64,000 nt of DNA, from contig OX597814.1 of the NCBI GenBank assembly GCA_951406725.2, positions 26,164,001 to 26,228,000 of the forward strand, in the 5' to 3' direction. Under the pieces are notes generated by a model. That model had not been told where the DNA came from and did not search any database. It was given only the letters and a program-made list of their open reading frames with translations. Made by a program: the position numbers and the translations under genes. Shown here piece by piece: positions 13,511 to 27,647 of the stretch (its first letter is position 1; each line of letters opens with the position of its first letter). The stretch comes from Octopus vulgaris. Lineage: Eukaryota.

Positions 13511-13754
13511 AACTCCATTTTTTTTTTGAGTCACATCCATAGCCTCCACATATGCCACAGATGCCAACCATAATGAAGTCATTGTCAATCGTTGTTCAGG
13601 TAGTTTTCAGAAGGCTTTCTGTTCTACTGTCAAACCTACCAGTAAGATGTAGAGATGAATGTCACTGATGGGTTCCCTATAACTAGTCTCATCTTAATTA
13701 TCCAGTCACACATCCTGACAACCACAATTAGTTATCCATTTGTCAGCTACCCCA

Positions 13755-13755
<1 letters not shown>

Positions 13756-13820
<65 letters not shown>

Positions 13821-13829
13821 CCTATCTAC

Positions 13830-13926
<97 letters not shown>

Positions 13927-13980
13927 CATCTATCTATCTATCTATCTATTGATCTATCTATCTATCTATCTATCTATCTA
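13756..13980. repeat. (TATC)n / (GATA)n microsatellite, about 225 bp
   Basis: Direct. Confidence 0.97.
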
Positions 13981-15439
13981 CAGTGTGGTACACAAAAAAG
14001 TGGCCCAAGCTCCATAGCATAGTGTAAATACAGAAATAAATTTACTCGTTTGCTCTTGACATGTGAAATGATATGACTTCAACTTTAGACTTTCAACATC
14101 CATTGGCATAGCCCCCTGTTTATGTGAGACTGTTGCACCAATTTCCAAGTTGACTCTTTGGAGTTTGAGTAATCCTTTGGCAAATGTCCTGAATAATTTC
14201 CAGTATTCAAACTGTAGGGTCTCTTCATTTTGGGGTATTGTACACTGACCCCATAGTGCACCACTTCTTAACCAACATTTGTATAATTCTTTGTTGGTAA
14301 GCCTTTACCTGGAAACTTGACTTTAAAAATTTCACATGTTTGTTTAACATAACCCATACTCACATAAATTACTATTTAAATGTACTGTTTACTAACGGCT
14401 AATTTTCTCAGAAGCTAACTAATTAAATTAAGATAATTACTCATCTCTTGGCCTGTTTAATTTCATATTCCTCGTTTCTCTAGTTTAATTTCTCATCTGC
14501 CATGAACACTATGAATGTATACTATACTAAACAGTCCTGCTCCTTTCATTAGATCCTCGTACCATTTCCCCAAATTAAACTCGTTTGTCGCGGTGCATCC
14601 ACACTGTCCCACCCCCACCACCAATACCGGATATCTCGATCTTTACCTTGATCTATATCTCTGTCTTCTCACCATCTACACCAGATATCTCTCTCTCCTC
14701 CCATCACCATTACCTGATGTCTCTTCTCTCCACTGCTTCTCCTCACTGGGCTGTTATCTATATATTACCTGCACTCTTCCTCTCTCTCTGTCTCTCCTGG
14801 GACATATGCAACTAATTCATTTGCCCTTCATTTCGTTTCATTCTGTCTTGCAATTTCTCACCACCATTACCAGATGTCTCTTCTCTCAATCCCCCTTCCT
14901 CTCTGGTGCTGTTCTCTGTACTACCTGCACCCCCACTTTCTCCCCCCAAAATGCAACTAGGTTAGATGCCCATCTACTTAACCGACTATCCTTCGATTTG
15001 TTTCATCCTGTCTAGAAATATTCCAACTACCCAGTAATTTTCCATGCACATATCAATTGAAGATGACAGCTAATGGGCTTTATGTGTGTGCTTGATCACC
15101 TGTGTCTATGTGTGTGCATGATTGTGTGTATGTATGGATGAACTTGCTTCCTCTGTGTCTCTCTGTCTGAAATCACCCCCAGCCCCCTTACGATGATCAT
15201 AATGCTTATACTCATAATGGATGAACTTCGTTCCTCTCTGTCTGAAATCACCCTACACCCCCACCCCCCTTACGATGACCATGATGCTTATACTCACAAT
15301 GCCGCTAACACCTAAAACACCTAATCCTACCTCCAGTAGGGGCAACGATCTTAATCCTAACACTTGAATGTTTGAATGATGTCAGGTTGGAAGTGAGAAC
15401 AGATGAAGCATGCCTAAAAAATGAACACGACAACCTCCC

Positions 15440-18153
15440 TCTTCTTTTCAGGCACTAAATAACATCTCTCCTTCCCAAGCCTCACCCCCACATTCCATTC
15501 CCAGTTTTCAGAGGTGGTACAGTCAATGTAGGCATACTGAAAGGTAGGTCTAGTGAGATTGTAGAGATGCTTGAAAGGAGACATGTCAATGTATGTTGCA
15601 TACAAAAGGTAAGATGGAGAGGAGCTTCAACTAGAGTCCTCACAGGCAAGGCACATAGGTACAAAATCTTCTGGCAAGATAACACTGATGGAGTGGGGGT
15701 TTAGGCATACTCCTTGCAGAGAAATGGGTAGATAAAGTCACAGAGGTTGTCAGGGTATGTGATAGAGTGCTTAAGCTTAGGCTAGTCCTGCAGAACAGCA
15801 CATCTACAATTATCTCTGCCTACGCCCCACAAGCAGGCCTACCAAATGATCAGAAGGACCATTTTTATGATACCCTTCTGCAGGCTACCTCAAAAACAAG
15901 AGGCTGGGTGGCAAGTATACACAGCCAAGGGCGAAACAGAAAAGAAGAAGTTTGCCAATGTTCAGGATTGCAAGACAGTGTGTGAGAGAAAATTGTGATG
16001 TCACAGGAGAGAAATGTGTCCACGTGGTTGCTTTTAATCATTTGAAAAAGAAAGAGGTTTGGAGAAGCCATTATGAAATACTGCTGAATGTGGAGAATGA
16101 ATGGGAAGAGGAGAGCCTGCCAGATGTTGACCCAGCCCATCAGGAATCACTGCTGAGATGCTTAAAACTAGTTACCTGCATTGTAAACCATGATGGAGTC
16201 ATACCCAATGACTGGTATAGCAGCACCATAGTCAACTGCTACAGGGGTAAAGGTGATGCTCTAGATAGAAATAACTACAGGGTATCAAACTGCTGGATCA
16301 GGTGATGGAGGTCACAGAGAGGGTCATAGCCCATCTCATTAGGGAGAGAGTCTGCTTAGATGAAATGCAGTTCAGTTTTGTGCCAGGTAGAAGCACCACT
16401 GATGCCATATTCCTGGTTCGACAACTGCAGGAGAAATACTTAGCTGAAGATAAATCCCTATACTTGGAGAAAGCCTTTGACAGGGTCACGCGATCCCTTA
16501 TCTGGTGGGCAATGCAGAAACTGTGGATTGACGAATGGCTAATAACGGCTGTACAGGCCCTATATAGAGAGGCTGTTGGTAAGGTTAGGATTGGCAATGA
16601 GTATAGTGAAGAATTCCAAGTAGATGTAGGGGTCCACCAAGGTTCAGCCCTCAGTCGCCTTTTATTCATCATATTCCTCCAGGCAATAACAGAGGAATTC
16701 AAGATGGGTTGCCCCTGGGAGCTCCTCTATGCTGATGACCTGGCCCTCATAGCAGAATCACTACCAGAATGAGAAAAGAAATTTCAGGTGTGGAAGCAAA
16801 GGTTAGAATCAAAAGGCCTTGGAGTCAATGTAGCAAATACCAAAGTTCTAGTAAGTAGGAATGTGAACACATCACACACCTCCTCAGGTAGGTGTCCCTG
16901 CTGAATCTGTAGAAAAGGTGGAGTTAGAAACTCCATAAGATATACCCAGTGTAAGCTATGGACACATAAGAGGTGCAGCAACATCAAAGGAAGATTAACT
17001 GAGAAGATAGCTTTCATGGGCGGCAGATCCACAGAGGCAATAAACAGCACAGATACTCAGAAAACAGATTCCATCACACTCCAGGGGGAGAAACTAGAAG
17101 TAGTTGATGGCTTCCACTACCTAGGTGACTAAGTTAGTAGTAGGAATGGATGCTCAGAGAGTGTTACCACTAGAATAAGAATAGCCTGGTCAAAGTTCAG
17201 AAAGCTTTTACCCCTACTGGTGTCAAGGGGCCTCTCGCTCAAAGTGAAAGGTAAATGCATGTGTGCGAACTGCCATGCTTCACGGTAGTGAAACATGGGC
17301 TATGACTGCAGAGGACATGCATAGGCTCAAAAGAAATTAAGTTAGCATGATCCGCTGGATGTGTAATATCAGTGTGCACGCACGAGAGAGTGTAAGCACC
17401 CTGAGAAAAATGTTGAACATAAGAAGCAGAGGATGTGGCATGCAAGAGAGACATTTGCGCTGGTATGGTCATGTACTATGGATGGATGAGGGAAGACGTG
17501 TGAAGAAGTGCCACTCCCAAACAGTTGAAGGAATCTAGGGTAGATGTAGACCCAGGAAGACATGGGATGATGTGGTGAAGCATGACCTTCGAATGCTGGG
17601 CCTCACAGAGGCAATGACGAAAGACAGAGACCTCTGGAGATACGCTTTGACTGTGAAGACCCGGCAAATAAAGTGAGTTCATGGCTGTATCCTACACCAG
17701 TTTAGCATAACCAGCCCCAGCCCATTCAAAAGTACCTTAGATTGTAAGGCGACCTGCTGTGCTTGAGGAGACCTATTGAGTCAAGTAAATCAACATCGAA
17801 ATGAAAATCAAACGGAAATTGTAGTTGTGATACCCATGCCAGTGGCACGTAAACAGCACCATCAGAACATGCCTGATGCCAGTGCCACCTTGAATGGTTT
17901 CCATGCCGGTGGCATGTAAAAAGTACCAACTGATTGTGGCCGTTTGCCAGCCTCTCTGATCCCTGTGCCACCGGCACGTAAAAAGCACCCACTACACTCA
18001 TGGAGTGGTTGGTGTTAGGAAGGGCATCCGGCTGTAGAAATACTGCCAGCTCAGATTGGAGCCTGGTGCAGCCTCTTGGCTACACAGACCCTGGACGAAC
18101 TGTCCAACCCATGCCATCATGGAAAACGGACGTTAAACGATGACGATGATGAT
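15440..18153 (+). mobile_element. RTE-clade LINE, decayed and internally deleted (APE + RT + 3' UTR)
   Basis: Peptides IISAYAPQAG, YRGKGDALDRNNYR, QFSFVPGRSTTDAIF, GVHQGSALS, LLYADDL, HLRWYGHV; (GAT)n tail at 18139-18153; multiple frameshifts. Confidence 0.92.
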
Positions 18154-18450
18154 TTCGACAATCTCCACTCTTTTCACTTTTGAGTACATCATCTTGTCAA
18201 AAAGGCTAGAAATGTTCACTCAATACAATCTTACAATCAACTAATGTGGTGAGGATGCAGTGAGGATAACGAAGCAAAGAGTCAACTAGTGTGCCATCAT
18301 TGTTAAGCTTTCACAAGCAGTAGAAATAACACAAGGACTTTTGCAAACAAAAGACAGGGTGCATTTTCATGTGTGCAAATTCATTTCTGTATTTGCACTA
18401 TGCTAGGGAACCAAGGTTAAATATGTATAGAAACTTTATCATCTACATGT

Positions 18451-18497
<47 letters not shown>

Positions 18498-18544
18498 CAC
18501 ACATATATATATACATATGCATAATGTATGTATATATACATATA

Positions 18545-19080
18545 TATAAATATATAATATAAATGATATATAAATATATGCATATATACATACATATATG
18601 TACATACCTACATATATATTTATATATACATGCATATATGGGTACAGGACATCAATAAATCAACACAATGAGAAACGAAAACATAAAAACAAAAACATGG
18701 AAACAAACTTTTTTTGGAACAATGAAAAAAATAAACAGAGAAACAAGACATGCAACATAAAGAATATTCCCCTTCTTCAGTTGTCCCTGTTTCATCTACT
18801 CTGCATTTTCATTCAAAATGCAGAGTAGATGAAACAGGGAGAACTGAAGAAGGAGAATATTCTTTGTTACATGTTTCGTTTCTATGTTTGTTTTTTCCGT
18901 TGTTCCCAAAAAAGATCATTTCTGTTTTTGTTTTTATGTTTTCGTTTCGCATTGTGTTCAACGTTTTTTCGATGTCCTGTACCCATATATGCATGTATAT
19001 ATACATATATATATATATGTAGGTATGTACATATATGTATGTATATATGCATATATTTATATATTATTTATATTATTATA
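18545..19080. repeat. About 530 bp fold-back palindrome, centre 18812
   Basis: CTACTCTGCATTTT-cattc-AAAATGCAGAGTAG at centre; arms match out through GGTACAGGACATC / GATGTCCTGTACC and TA-rich ends. Confidence 0.92.
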
Positions 19081-19115
19081 TGATCGAACACCACGTATCT
19101 TTTCCAAGTAAGTTT

Positions 19116-19152
<37 letters not shown>

Positions 19153-19594
19153 GCATAACATATATACATATATATATACATATATATGTATATATATATT
19201 TATGTATCTATACAAATATATAAATAGTAAAAGAATAAAAGAATGAAAGAATATTAAGATCACTTTTAGAAAATTATCATCCCCCATATCTTTCAGATAT
19301 TTCTCTTTATATCATATTATAATGCAAAGTCTATAAAATTATTTTGATAATGAAAAATAAATGTGTCTGTGTTAAGCCTTTTTTCACATTTGTTTTGTCT
19401 TTCTCTATGCAGGTAGGACTGAAATTTAATAACTATTATTACCACTATATCATTGAAAATGCTTTCCCTTGTCATCAGATTATCATTAATAATAATAGAA
19501 ACTATACCATTAACTTTCCATTATTTCTTCTTTTTTCTTTCTATTTCAAAATCTTAATCTAAAAATAATGATATCACTTATAAGATATTATTTT

Positions 19595-19611
19595 TAATAT
19601 ATACAAATATA

Positions 19612-19668
<57 letters not shown>

Positions 19669-19672
19669 TACA

Positions 19673-19729
<57 letters not shown>

Positions 19730-19950
19730 ATATGATACAGATATATATATATATGTATGTATGTATACATGCATACATATATACATATATGTATATACAT
19801 ACAGACATGTGTGTGTGTGTATGAATATATGTAAATATATATATGTATATATATATATGTATATATGTATATATATATATATATATGTGTGTATATATGT
19901 AAATATATCTATATGTATATATGCAAATAAATATATATATATATGTATAA
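19595..19950. repeat. Degenerate (TA)n/(TATG)n microsatellite field
   Basis: Direct. Confidence 0.9.
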
Positions 19951-20938
19951 GCAAGGTGGAGGAAAGTGGGACAATATGAAATTCAATGGGTCTATAAAAT
20001 GTTTGTGAAAGTAAAAGAATAGAAATAAAAAAAGTAAAATATAAAAATAAAATGTAAACAGTTGTAATGATTATTTTGAAGAAAGCTCTATTAAGAGACA
20101 TACTTACAGTTGTATGTGAGTGTGTAATAATAACATAGAAAAACCTTTGTAAGTGAAGACATAGTGTTTTTGTCACCATAATTGGATGTTAATAACAGAT
20201 GTGTCACATACAGTAAATAGAAACTACATCTGATGGGAAGTGAGCCAAACACTTAATTTATCTCTCTTCTATCCAATAATTGTAAGTTTATTGAAGAAAA
20301 CCTGTTTAAATGATAACTGAAGGCAATACTTTCACTGTTTCTATTTGAACTGAAACACTTCACAACAAATGAAATGTGATGCTTTGAAGCACTTAAGAGA
20401 GGTTCTCATTAATTTACTTCAACATACAACTTTGAAATCCAAAGGCTTTTTTTTATCTTTTCTATCAATAGGTATTAAGCTTGAATGGAAGAAATAACAA
20501 GATATCAATATCAAGAACAACACTAACATCTACAACAATAGTAATAAAAATAAACAAGGATTTCACACGTTGGCACAAGGCCACAAACTTTGGAAGAGAT
20601 GTAGTCAAATGAATACTGAGAGAACAACTTGTGTTTTTATTGAAACTGGAAGGATGAAAGGCAAAGCTTATCACAATGGGATTTGAACTTAAGATGGAAA
20701 CAGAAGAAACTTAATACCACGGGGCATTTTTTTATGATCTACCTTTTCTACCATCTATTATACTAATAAGGATTCTTAACAGAGGCACAAGAGAACATAT
20801 TCAGATGGAACAGTACGGGCAAATATATCAATCCAAGCATCTGACTGGTACTTCATTCTATCACCTTCAAAAGGATGAAGGAGGGAAATTTCATTATGTG
20901 TTTGATAAATAATGATGTTAACACAATTCTATGATAAA

Positions 20939-21015
<77 letters not shown>

Positions 21016-21194
21016 TAATTCCAGTTTCTTAAATGCTACCTAAAAGACTAAAAGAAATTAGAAGGAAAACCTGCAAAAGAAGACCCTCCTATATTCTGCA
21101 AAAATCCTAAGAAAAGTTGTTGAGATTTTAGGAACTTGTTGTCACCATATCTCAAGATAAAATAACTGCTAACTAAATTAGCATGCACTAGCGC

Positions 21195-21248
<54 letters not shown>

Positions 21249-21285
21249 TATAATAACAACAACAACAATAACAACAACAATAATG
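20939..21285. repeat. Two (AAT)n arrays (20939-21019, 21194-21283)
   Basis: Direct. Confidence 0.95.
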
Positions 21286-21400
21286 GAACTGCATTGCCAA
21301 TTCATACAGTAAATTGAGAATGTTGGAAGTAAAGATTGCTGGCTCTGATTAATGGATGGTAACTTGAAACAAGAGTCAGAAACACAGATATTGTTCAGCT
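21050..21400 (+). mobile_element. Fragments of an R4/Dong-like (RLE) non-LTR element
   Basis: LQKKTLLYSAKILRKVVEI (about 21072-21128) resembles the R4/Dong C-terminus; MELHCQF..WL*LMDGNLKQESETQI (21283-21395) resembles LHGQF..WL..G.LK.ETE; both abut (AAT)n. Confidence 0.5.
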
Positions 21401-24400
21401 ATTAATGGAACCAAACCTGCGTGGGGTTTCTTATCAATATGTTCCTTCATAGCAGGAACGGATTTTATCTGGGTCTGCATCCCAATTTTCTAGAGTGATC
21501 TGGTCAAATCTACTGGTAGTTCTCATGAAAGAGACAAAAATTTTGTTGTTATCATTTTTGTTAATAGTGGTGCATGCTATCATTGCTGAAGGCTCTAAAC
21601 TAGACTTGAATTTTCAGGCTTTCAACCATTTCCTTCATGATGTGTTAAAGACCATCATTCTCTTCTTGAGTTCAGTCTATTGCTCTTCCCAAACAGGTTG
21701 GAAACAGAGCCAATACCAGAATATTCAGGGCCTTTGTCCAGTCCTTTCTCTTAGCCCTATAATGTTTCACCTTCTACCAGTCCTACAATGTGCTCCCCTT
21801 ATCCCAGCTCTACAACATATACTCCCACCCCAACTTCATCTCTTTTATGAGAATTACCCATCTTTTTCCTAGCCCTGCATGATGTATCTTCTTTAATAAT
21901 TCTTTTCTCCAGTTTCTTCTAACCATCAACTTCTTTACTCTAACTCAAAAATTCAGTTGAAAATATTTAAATACCTTGTGCTCTAGTTTTATGATCATGC
22001 ATATTACTGGCAAAATTTGAAATGTTTTACACCAAATCATTTGATGGGTCATAATGCCATATATACCCCTTATCTTTCCTGACCCACCAAATCATGTCCT
22101 CTATTTTCTATTTTGAGATGGGACATCCCCTGCTCCCGTCATTACTGAGATTTTTTTCTATTTTTTTAACGTTATTCAGAATTTGTGTAGTCATCCCACC
22201 CACACTTTAAGGTTAGAGAATAAGTTAGGAGAAAGTTAGAGCTCTTGAAAGAGGTGTTCTCAAAAAACTGACATACCCTGTATTGTGTCTGCCCTATTTG
22301 ACAATGTGCTATTAAAATATGCATATATCCATCTAGTGTTGAACACTAAATTCACTCTGTTATCAGCCCACTGTGTAATGTAATTTTAGTCCTTTGATAG
22401 CAAATTTCCTATTGCTTACCCCTAGAAAGTATGGAAAAGGGTTAATATTTCCTTCAAACTTTGCTTTTGCTACATTTATTCAAACCCTAAAAGAATTCCT
22501 CTCAATACATGGTTATGATGCTCCTCCACTACTCCTACCCCTGATCAGAGATGCACATATAGTCAGTCACTAAGGGACATGCTAAAATGGTTAACGTCAA
22601 GCAAATTACAAGCAAATCTGTGGTATTGAGCAGAATATTTGCTTTAATGATATTTCTACTTCAGCGACTCAGTGTTGAATCTGTCTGAAATGTAATGGAA
22701 ATTAGGTCAGTTTCAAAACATTGATATCCAAGTCACAAAAGCAAAGTTTGAAAGGAATAGTAATCATTTCCTTTGATTTCTAGATAAAAACAAATAGGAA
22801 ATAACACTTATTGACCAAAGACAAAAAAAATAAAATTTTGTTACACAATGTCATGGATTGATTGCATTGACAAACCACTGCCCACTGGGCTGATAGAGTG
22901 GCTATAATGCCTTCATGATTTAATGCATGCAGCTTATCTCAGATAACTCACCTTTTCTGTTTTGAAACGGAAAAACTATCAAGTGTCCTTCTTGCTGCTT
23001 CTACTGTTCCGACAGCTTTCTCATGTTATATATATGATGCATTCAGCTTCTTGTAACCAGATCCTTGTATATGTGTCATAGCTAAGCTGACTGTACATAT
23101 TGCAGACCAAGAGATGGGAGACACATTTCACTTACCAGACCTTTCTGTCTTAAAAAAAGAATAAAGGCCTAATGAATGATGTAGTTCCTGATATTAAGAA
23201 AACTTAAGAGGGTTGCTTTTGGAATAGTTTTGATCATAGGTTTGTTTGTTTAGCACTGACCCAGGTCTAAATTTTGTCATGTATAAACATTTTTTTGCCA
23301 GAAAAATACTTTCAATAAAGATATCTTTAACCAAAGCAAACAAGACCATTATGCTTATATCATACAATTACATATATTACAAATTTTGTGTAGGCGCTGC
23401 ACATACTCTCCATTGAAAACTTTATAAATTATGCATCTCAACACTACATATATCTGACACATAACCCAAGAAGAAATGATCAAATAATTTTTTCTTTTAA
23501 TTAATATTTCTCACAGGATCAATTTAAAATAGAAATGTGAAAATTATGAAAATTCTGGTGATGGAAGCAGAACATTGTAGCACAGCTCTGAACTGATGTA
23601 TAAGGAAAATTGTACAACTTAAACAGTAGCATGAATTTTACCCTTTAATTTTTTTTAAAATAACAATAAAAATTGTCTCAAGAGAAATATTACATCCACA
23701 GTTCACAAAAATACATCAAAACATATACCTTGTGGAGAAAAAAAACACTCATATAAAAAAATACATATAGTTTCAAACAAATTAATCACTGGTGGTACAT
23801 TTTAAAACATAAAAGACATTACATAATTTAAAAGCTAAAATATTACAAATACATATAACAAGCAGTTATAAAAAAAACAGTAACTGTAAACAATAAAACA
23901 AAAATGTTGAAAGCATAAATATTGGAGCTAAAAAAACACAACCAAAAATGTTTAATAAATTCAATAAGTACACGCAAGTACACTGAGAAACAAACTCTAA
24001 ACAACAGTGACTCTAATATTGACAGAAATGATATTACAATGGAATATACAAAACAACTAAGAGAGAAAATAAAGAAACAACCAGATAACTTTAAAAGACA
24101 TGCTTATTGATCAACAGTAAATCTTCTCAAACAGAAATTCCAGAGAAAAACTGATGACAAAATTAATCAACTGCAAGCAAGCCATTAAGGACATTTTGAA
24201 AGCTAAGCTACCATTGACATAAACAGGATCAAATAGTTAATTTATGTGTCTGTTGTAATACATGAAGGAAACTGGTTCAACCAAATAAAAAAGATAATAA
24301 AATGAAATACTAGGAAAAGATTTGAAGCAAAAGGAAAACCCATTTTAATCATGAAGGAATGTAAAGATTTTGCTTCACAACCAATATCCTATGCAGATAA

Positions 24401-25579
24401 AACTGTGCCAGGGTTATTAAGCAGACATGAATCCTTATTCTGAGTTAGCACTAAAACATCTTATGGTATATGTACAAATTATGACACCAGAGTGTAGCAA
24501 ATAAATTTTGCTGAGATCAGCAAAAGTGATTATGGATGCATCCATTAAGCTAATCCCAACAGCAAATGCAATTCATAAATAAACAGAAGTATCAAATTGT
24601 CATTTCAGACATTCCACATGATCCAAATGATGATATTGATTTGTTGAAAGAAATATGTGAATAGCAATGAAGTATTCCACCTCAGTAACACCTAAAGTTG
24701 TTGCATTTGTTATTTTGATACAATTTATAGATTAGCAGTTCGCATTATATCATCAGCAATACATTATGTATGTGCCAGAACATTTAACTCTCATATAACC
24801 CAGCCCACTGGAGGAAAGCTAGTGCCAGCTGATAAGAAAGATCAACTCTAAGCAGCAGCACTTGAAAACTGGGAAGTAGTTTCTCTGTTGACAGTTCTAA
24901 GTTCACCGCCTGCTGTAAGTTTATTGCAACACTCCAGTACTCAGTATCATCAAAATTCTTCAACCTGTAATCTCAGGTCAGTACTAATCAAATAAACATG
25001 ATCAAAGGAATTCCAGTGATGACCATCGCATCTTTACTTCAGGGATGGTATATCTAGGATTATATTATGAAGGCATACTTCTATTTCTAAGGTTGTAGGC
25101 TGTGAGTTGAATGATATTTTCTGCTATTTCTAGCAGAGACAGTGATTCTGTATAGGCTCCTTAGTAAGCACATTACTTTAAATGACAGTGCATAGTAAAG
25201 CATATTCAAGTCATGTATGTAGAATAAGTAGCTACTCGTGACTGAATAAAATTTTGACTCTGAAGTGAAAGTCAGGTTTCTTATTATAGATTGGCATCTC
25301 ATGAAATTCTAAAAGTGAAAGTTTAAAGTCAATTCTATCATGTATCACATTGGTCAAAGGGGTTACTATTGATTTAATAGCACTAATCAGGCCAGAGGCA
25401 TATATCTTGTGTCAATTTCTGCAAAAGTTCTCATAATTATTTTTCGCAGTTATTATTTCACACTGGGCAGTAGAATTGACACACTGTTTAGTTTAACATC
25501 ACCACTGATTCTTGGGTACCTACAGTGGATCATAAGTATTGCTCTTCGTTAAGAAATAAAAACAAAACTATTGATCAGA

Positions 25580-25980
25580 GCAACAGTTTGCGCTCTCGCT
25601 CAATGGATTGGTGGTGCCAGGCTGCCTCTGAGTGATAACGGCTGAACACCTCTAAGCCGGAACGGTGGCCAGACCCGAGTTATTTTCCAAAAGTGTCTCA
25701 ACCTCAAGGCACATGCCTTAGCTTAGCGTTCACCATCCACCCGTCGCGCTCACATGATGAGCAGCAGCATCGCCAGTGGAATTGCCATTTTGGGACATCA
25801 GCAGCGGCAGTCCCTCCGTCATCGTCATCGTCAATGTCACTCCTAACTTGTTTGATGAGATCGAGACAAAAAGGATCACTTGCATACGGCTCAACTTGCC
25901 ATTCGGAGTGACATGCTTAGTAGAGCAGCTACCACACTGCGATCTATTGAGTCTCTTCTTGCGAACGACACAATCTGCTT
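25580..25980 (+). pseudogene. 28S rRNA 3'-terminal fragment (dispersed pseudogene)
   Basis: GATAACGGCTGAACACCTCTAAGCCGGAA matches the conserved LSU motif GATTATGACTGAACGCCTCTAAGTCAGAA; TAGTAGAGCAGCTACCACACTGCGATCTATTGA matches the extreme 3' end of metazoan 28S; GC-rich expansion-segment-like stretch between. Confidence 0.8.
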
Positions 25981-25989
25981 TTCTAAGGA

Positions 25990-27647
25990 AAGCCTTGTGA
26001 GTGGATTTGGTAGACAGAAACTGAAAGAAGCCCGTTGTATATATGTATGTATATATATATTTATATACTTTACCTCCAAAATGTTTCCAACCAAAAGGTA
26101 CAAAGGGTTAAGAATAGTTTAGTTAATTTTTTCAGTAGAATGGGCTTAAAAATCGTTTTTGATGACGATCTGACGAAGGCCAACTTTTTAGATATTACGC
26201 TTAATTTACACAGTGACTCTTACTTCCCATATCATAAACCGTTGACCAATCTTAAGTACATTAGCAAATTTAGTAATCATCCTGGAGCAATTACCAAGAA
26301 TTTAGTTAAGAATATTTCATTTAGATTATCTAAATTATCTGCTAATGTTGATATTTTCAATAATAACGCTGAATTCTATAACTCTGCCTTAATCAAAGCA
26401 GGTTATACAGAAAAAATTTTCTACATTGATTCTGCTCAGTCTAATTGTAAATTCAATAATGTAGATAAGATTTCTAGTAGTAAAAGAATTATTGATAACA
26501 AACATAACTTACGCACCGATACAAAGCGAATGAAGGCAGATAACCCTTATTTAATCCCCTATTATCGATCTAAAAGTAAATATAACACCTTCAAAAGTAA
26601 TTACGCTATGAATACTAGTAAAAATATTTGGTTAATAATTCCTTACGGGAGACAAATTAAATCTAATCTCCCACTGCTGTTTCGTCAAGCTATTGCTAGG
26701 AATTTTCCAAACAATTCTAGATATTACTCTATAATTAATTCACATAAGGTTAGGATAGGTTTTTCAAACACAAAAAATCTCTTGCAAATTATATCCTCTC
26801 ATAATAACAAACTGTTAAATATTAATACATTTACTAATACTAACATTAATTTAGCTAATACCATCCAACCCTCTAGAAATATTAATAACAAGGTTATTGT
26901 ATCTGAAGTCAATTCCAATAGAATTAAATTTATGTCAAGTAACTCTAAGATTAAAAATTCTATATACCAGTGTATAATCAGTACTTGTTATAAAGTACGA
27001 TTTTACATTGGAAGCACATCGTTAGAGTTATCTAAAAGAATTTCTATCCATTACTCAACATTTAGGGATAGAAATAAATGGAATAGTACCGGTCTCAGCA
27101 AACTGATTTGGGATTTAAAAGACCACAATGAACAATTTCATTTAGAATGGTTGATCCTCTCAATTTCGATACCATATGACAAAGGCAAGAAATTCTGTCT
27201 TCTCTGCAATTCTGAGCTATTTTTCATTATTTTTTCTAAAAATACTCTAGTAAACACGGTTATAGAATGAGCATACAGATGTAAGCATTGGCAGAAACAT
27301 ACATTTAGTGCATATAAGTAGTCTCTATCATTATATAGAATTTAAACTTTAATTTCCTTTATATTTAACATTCACTATTAATATCCCTACTCTTTCTGTT
27401 AGCTGCTTATGACGTTATATCATATAACGTTTTTTTAAACAATATTAATAGCGTTCTGTCTATCACTATACAAATCCATCATTTTTTGCTAAAATGTCGT
27501 ATTGACGAGTTTCGTTTTTTTCCCTTTCCCGAAGAGAAGATTGCATTGTTTATACCATTTATTCTTTTGAATAGTATCAGTGGAATTTTCGAAACATGTG
27601 TAGAAAGTAAAAATACTTGTTTAAACCTGCGTTAACTCCATTTTTTA

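Noticed and set aside
14515-15300. 166-aa ORF and short tandem duplication (about 15135-15300)
   Set aside because: Pyrimidine-rich low-complexity repeat, probably a retroelement UTR; no domain or complete ribozyme core recognisable
19574-20179. 201-aa and other YIYI/THTH/LSIY ORFs (also 232-552, 13655-14017, 28684-29025)
   Set aside because: Translations of microsatellites
22948-23135. Possible minus-strand exon ending AAG|GTGAG
   Set aside because: No open frame linked to a clear acceptor; cannot be supported
23900-24600. A-rich coding-like stretch, possibly a decayed retroelement N-terminus
   Set aside because: No diagnostic motif found
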